Assembly: GCF_963921235.1 (NCBI RefSeq)
Contig: NC_086097.1
Location: 72,666,001 to 72,730,000 of the forward strand
DNA: 64,000 bases
From: Mobula hypostoma
Lineage: Eukaryota
Direction: 5' to 3'
Shown piece by piece: positions 61,753 through 64,000 of the stretch (the stretch's first letter is position 1; each line of letters starts with the position of its first letter). The notes under the pieces are model-generated. The model saw only the letters and a program-made list of their open reading frames with translations, was not told the DNA's origin and did no database searches. The translations under genes and the position numbers were made by a program.

Positions 61753-62261
61753 CAGACATCCCACCTTTCCCGGAAGTTCCGGGAGTCTCCCGCATATTAA
61801 TAGTGGTTCCCTGATGCCCGCAAATTGTATACGATACTCCGGAAATTGATTTTTTTGACAGAGAGTGTGAGAGAGAGTGAGTGTGTGTGAGAGAGAGAGA
61901 GAGCATGCCATGGCAGAGTTTTCCAAAAAAAGAAAATATAAAACGTACGTCACCCCAGACTATACTAAAGTGTACCCCTGCCTAATAGGGGTCAAAAATA
62001 ATGACAGTGTTGCTCACTGCACTGTTTGCAACAGTGACTTTTCTATTGCCCATGGTGGGTTAAGACTGTAAAAGACATGTTGAGGTGAGTTTAACAGGTG
62101 TCATTCGTTATTAGCATAGCTAACATTATTTAAACTAGCTGGCTAGCTGCTAAGGAGCTACTCTATTGCAGACATCCCACCTCTCCCGGAAGTTCCAGTA
62201 GTCTCCCGCAAATTGATGGTGCTACCTCCCTGAAATGAGTTTTTGCAGGGTGGGATGTCTG
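61753..62261 (+). mobile_element. Non-autonomous hAT-like DNA transposon (509 bp) retaining transposase exon 1
   Basis: 13-bp perfect TIR CAGACATCCCACC / GGTGGGATGTCTG; flanks CATAATC / CCTAATC; BED-like zinc-finger coding remnant. Confidence 0.85.
61910..62084 (+). pseudogene. Transposase first exon with partial BED-type zinc finger, frameshifted
   Basis: GCCATGG start, MAEFSKKRKYK...AHCTVCNSDFSIAHGGL, frameshift, DCKRHVE, then donor GAG|GTGAGT. Confidence 0.72.
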
Positions 62262-63058
62262 CCTAATCATGTGTTTTGGCATATTTTGGCATGCTTGCTC
62301 CCTTTTCTTGGTCAGGTTCCACCCACTGAGAAGCCGGACAGGGTCCTTGGCCCTTCCTGCTAAGCTTCACTATCGGTCATTTCTCTTTGCCATTCCATCA
62401 ATGTGATGATGTCATCAACATGCACGTCTGCTTTACTGAGAGAAATTGGATCAAAGAATTGCAACCTGTGATGCTTAATGTTAAAGCACTGTTAAACAAG
62501 GAGTGCATCATGTGGAAAGACACTTGTAAACTAAATGGCCGTGCTGCAAAATTGTTTTTGCTTTTATTCATTCCCTAGCATTTTAAATTGTTGATGACTG
62601 GTGGCCCCTATAAAAGCGGCAGTACCTGTGATTTAGATACGGTCGATTGTGGCTCTGATGAATACAATGAACTACACTGCTGGGCTTCTCCATAGCCTGA
62701 GAGTGACCATCAAGTCCCTCCATTTAACCTTTTCCCTTTTCCCTCATTTCCTCCCTCTAACTAATTTTCTCCCTGCCCCATTGATTTCTGCCTTCCATTT
62801 CTACTTTCTCTCCCTCATTATTCTTTTCTTTTTGCACTGTTTATTTATTTCTTAATTTATAGTAATTTTATGTTTCTAATGAGGCCAATGTGGGAACCAC
62901 AGATTCTTTCACAGATGGGGCAAGTGGTGTCCAACAGAGGCGGAACAAGTGGATAGTTTAATTGCTGTTGCTTTGCAATATGTGGTGCTCATTAATCACA
63001 CAAAGTAGTTGAAACACAATCCCTGAATTAGGAACCTAAAAGTATGTTAGTTTAATAC

Positions 63059-63186
63059 GCAAACACGAGGAAATCTGCAGATGCTGGAATTTCAAGCAAC
63101 ACACAGAAAAGTTGCTGGTGAACGCAGCAGGCCAGGCAGCATCTCTAGGAAGAGGTACAGTCGACATTTCGGGCCAAGACCCTTCG
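63059..63186 (-). mobile_element. Young ~130-bp PLE terminus insertion with TSD, truncated inside the hammerhead core
   Basis: TAGTTTAATAC duplicated at 63048-63058 and 63187-63197. Minus strand begins ACGA AGGGTCTTGGCCC GAAA TGTC GACTG. Confidence 0.85.
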
Positions 63187-64000
63187 TAGTTTAATACACA
63201 ACTTTTGTACCCAGAGTGCTTAAGTATGAGGGACTTAGCTATGCTGAATCTAGAGGTAAAAATCTTTCAAAGCTTGAATCACAGTTTAAATGTTATGTGT
63301 TTGAAAGAAGCCAAATATTTACTTAGCATTGTGCAAAGCTCAAGACTGGTCTAAAAAGGTAATTGGCTTTTCAATACTTTCTATCCTGCAGACCAGAGTA
63401 TAAAGCAATGACCTTAATTGGAAGGCTGCTTCAGATAAGCTCTGATGAATGAACCAGGGCATGAAAGCATTCTTATCTAGCAGAAAAATAAATGAAAGAG
63501 AGAGAAAGTTATTTGTACGGAAAAAAGTCAACTAAACTGTGGTGTTTCTTCAGCAGTAGATTCATCACTGAAGTGGTGGTCCATGCCTCCAAAAATGAGG
63601 GAATTGTTTTAGAAAAGTGTGTGTCATATTGCTCAAAATCTCCTCTGTAAAATATGCAAAAGCTGCTTGTCGGGAAAAGAACACACACTGATTGAGAATC
63701 AAGCCATTTTTAATTTAGAAATTTACTTTACAAAAGTGTCACGATAGTTCTGTTGAACATCGGAGTAGCACGCAATATTTTCTATAACTTCTGCATATGA
63801 AAATAAACAAATATTAATATTTGGTGAAACTTTGAGAAAATGATTATAAAATCTTGAAATTTAGAAGGTACAGCTTTAACAACTCAAGGGTTAATTGTGA
63901 AGGAGGGAGAAGTGGGCTGATTTTGGCACAGCCATACAGTCTCCTTGAAGATTCATGGCAAGAAGTGTCTTGCAAATGATACAATCTTTTAAATTACAGC

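Noticed and set aside
63433..63478. CTGATGA-ATG...CAT-GAAA hammerhead-like string in unique DNA
   Set aside because: Stem I is out of register with the core and no valid stem III or cleavage triplet forms; likely chance.

Overview
Eukaryotic, transposon-saturated DNA, most likely intronic or intergenic sequence of a cartilaginous fish. This taxon call is inferred from the mix of CR1 LINEs, Neptune-type Penelope-like elements (PLEs), Rex1/Babar LINEs, V-SINE-like and Deu-domain SINE-like repeats. Well over half the window is retroelement. It holds two near full-length CR1s with ORF1 and ORF2, a third ORF1-bearing CR1 at the base of a three-level nest, many truncated CR1s, two long PLEs plus many PLE termini carrying CpG-decayed minimal hammerhead ribozyme motifs, three solo LTRs with target-site duplications (TSDs), a non-autonomous hAT-like DNA transposon, and two copies of a ~630-690 bp non-coding retroposon. 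No host gene can be called with confidence; one 87-nt plus-strand exon candidate (21005-21091) is noted. I see no unambiguous new biological system. The best leads are the hammerhead-bearing PLE termini and their fold-back derivatives, the non-coding retroposon family, the hAT derivative with an apparent 7-bp TSD and an internal mini-element, and an intact endonuclease-less RT ORF head-to-head with a CR1 5' end. Boundaries of old elements are approximate, and family names come from motif recognition by eye, not database searches.
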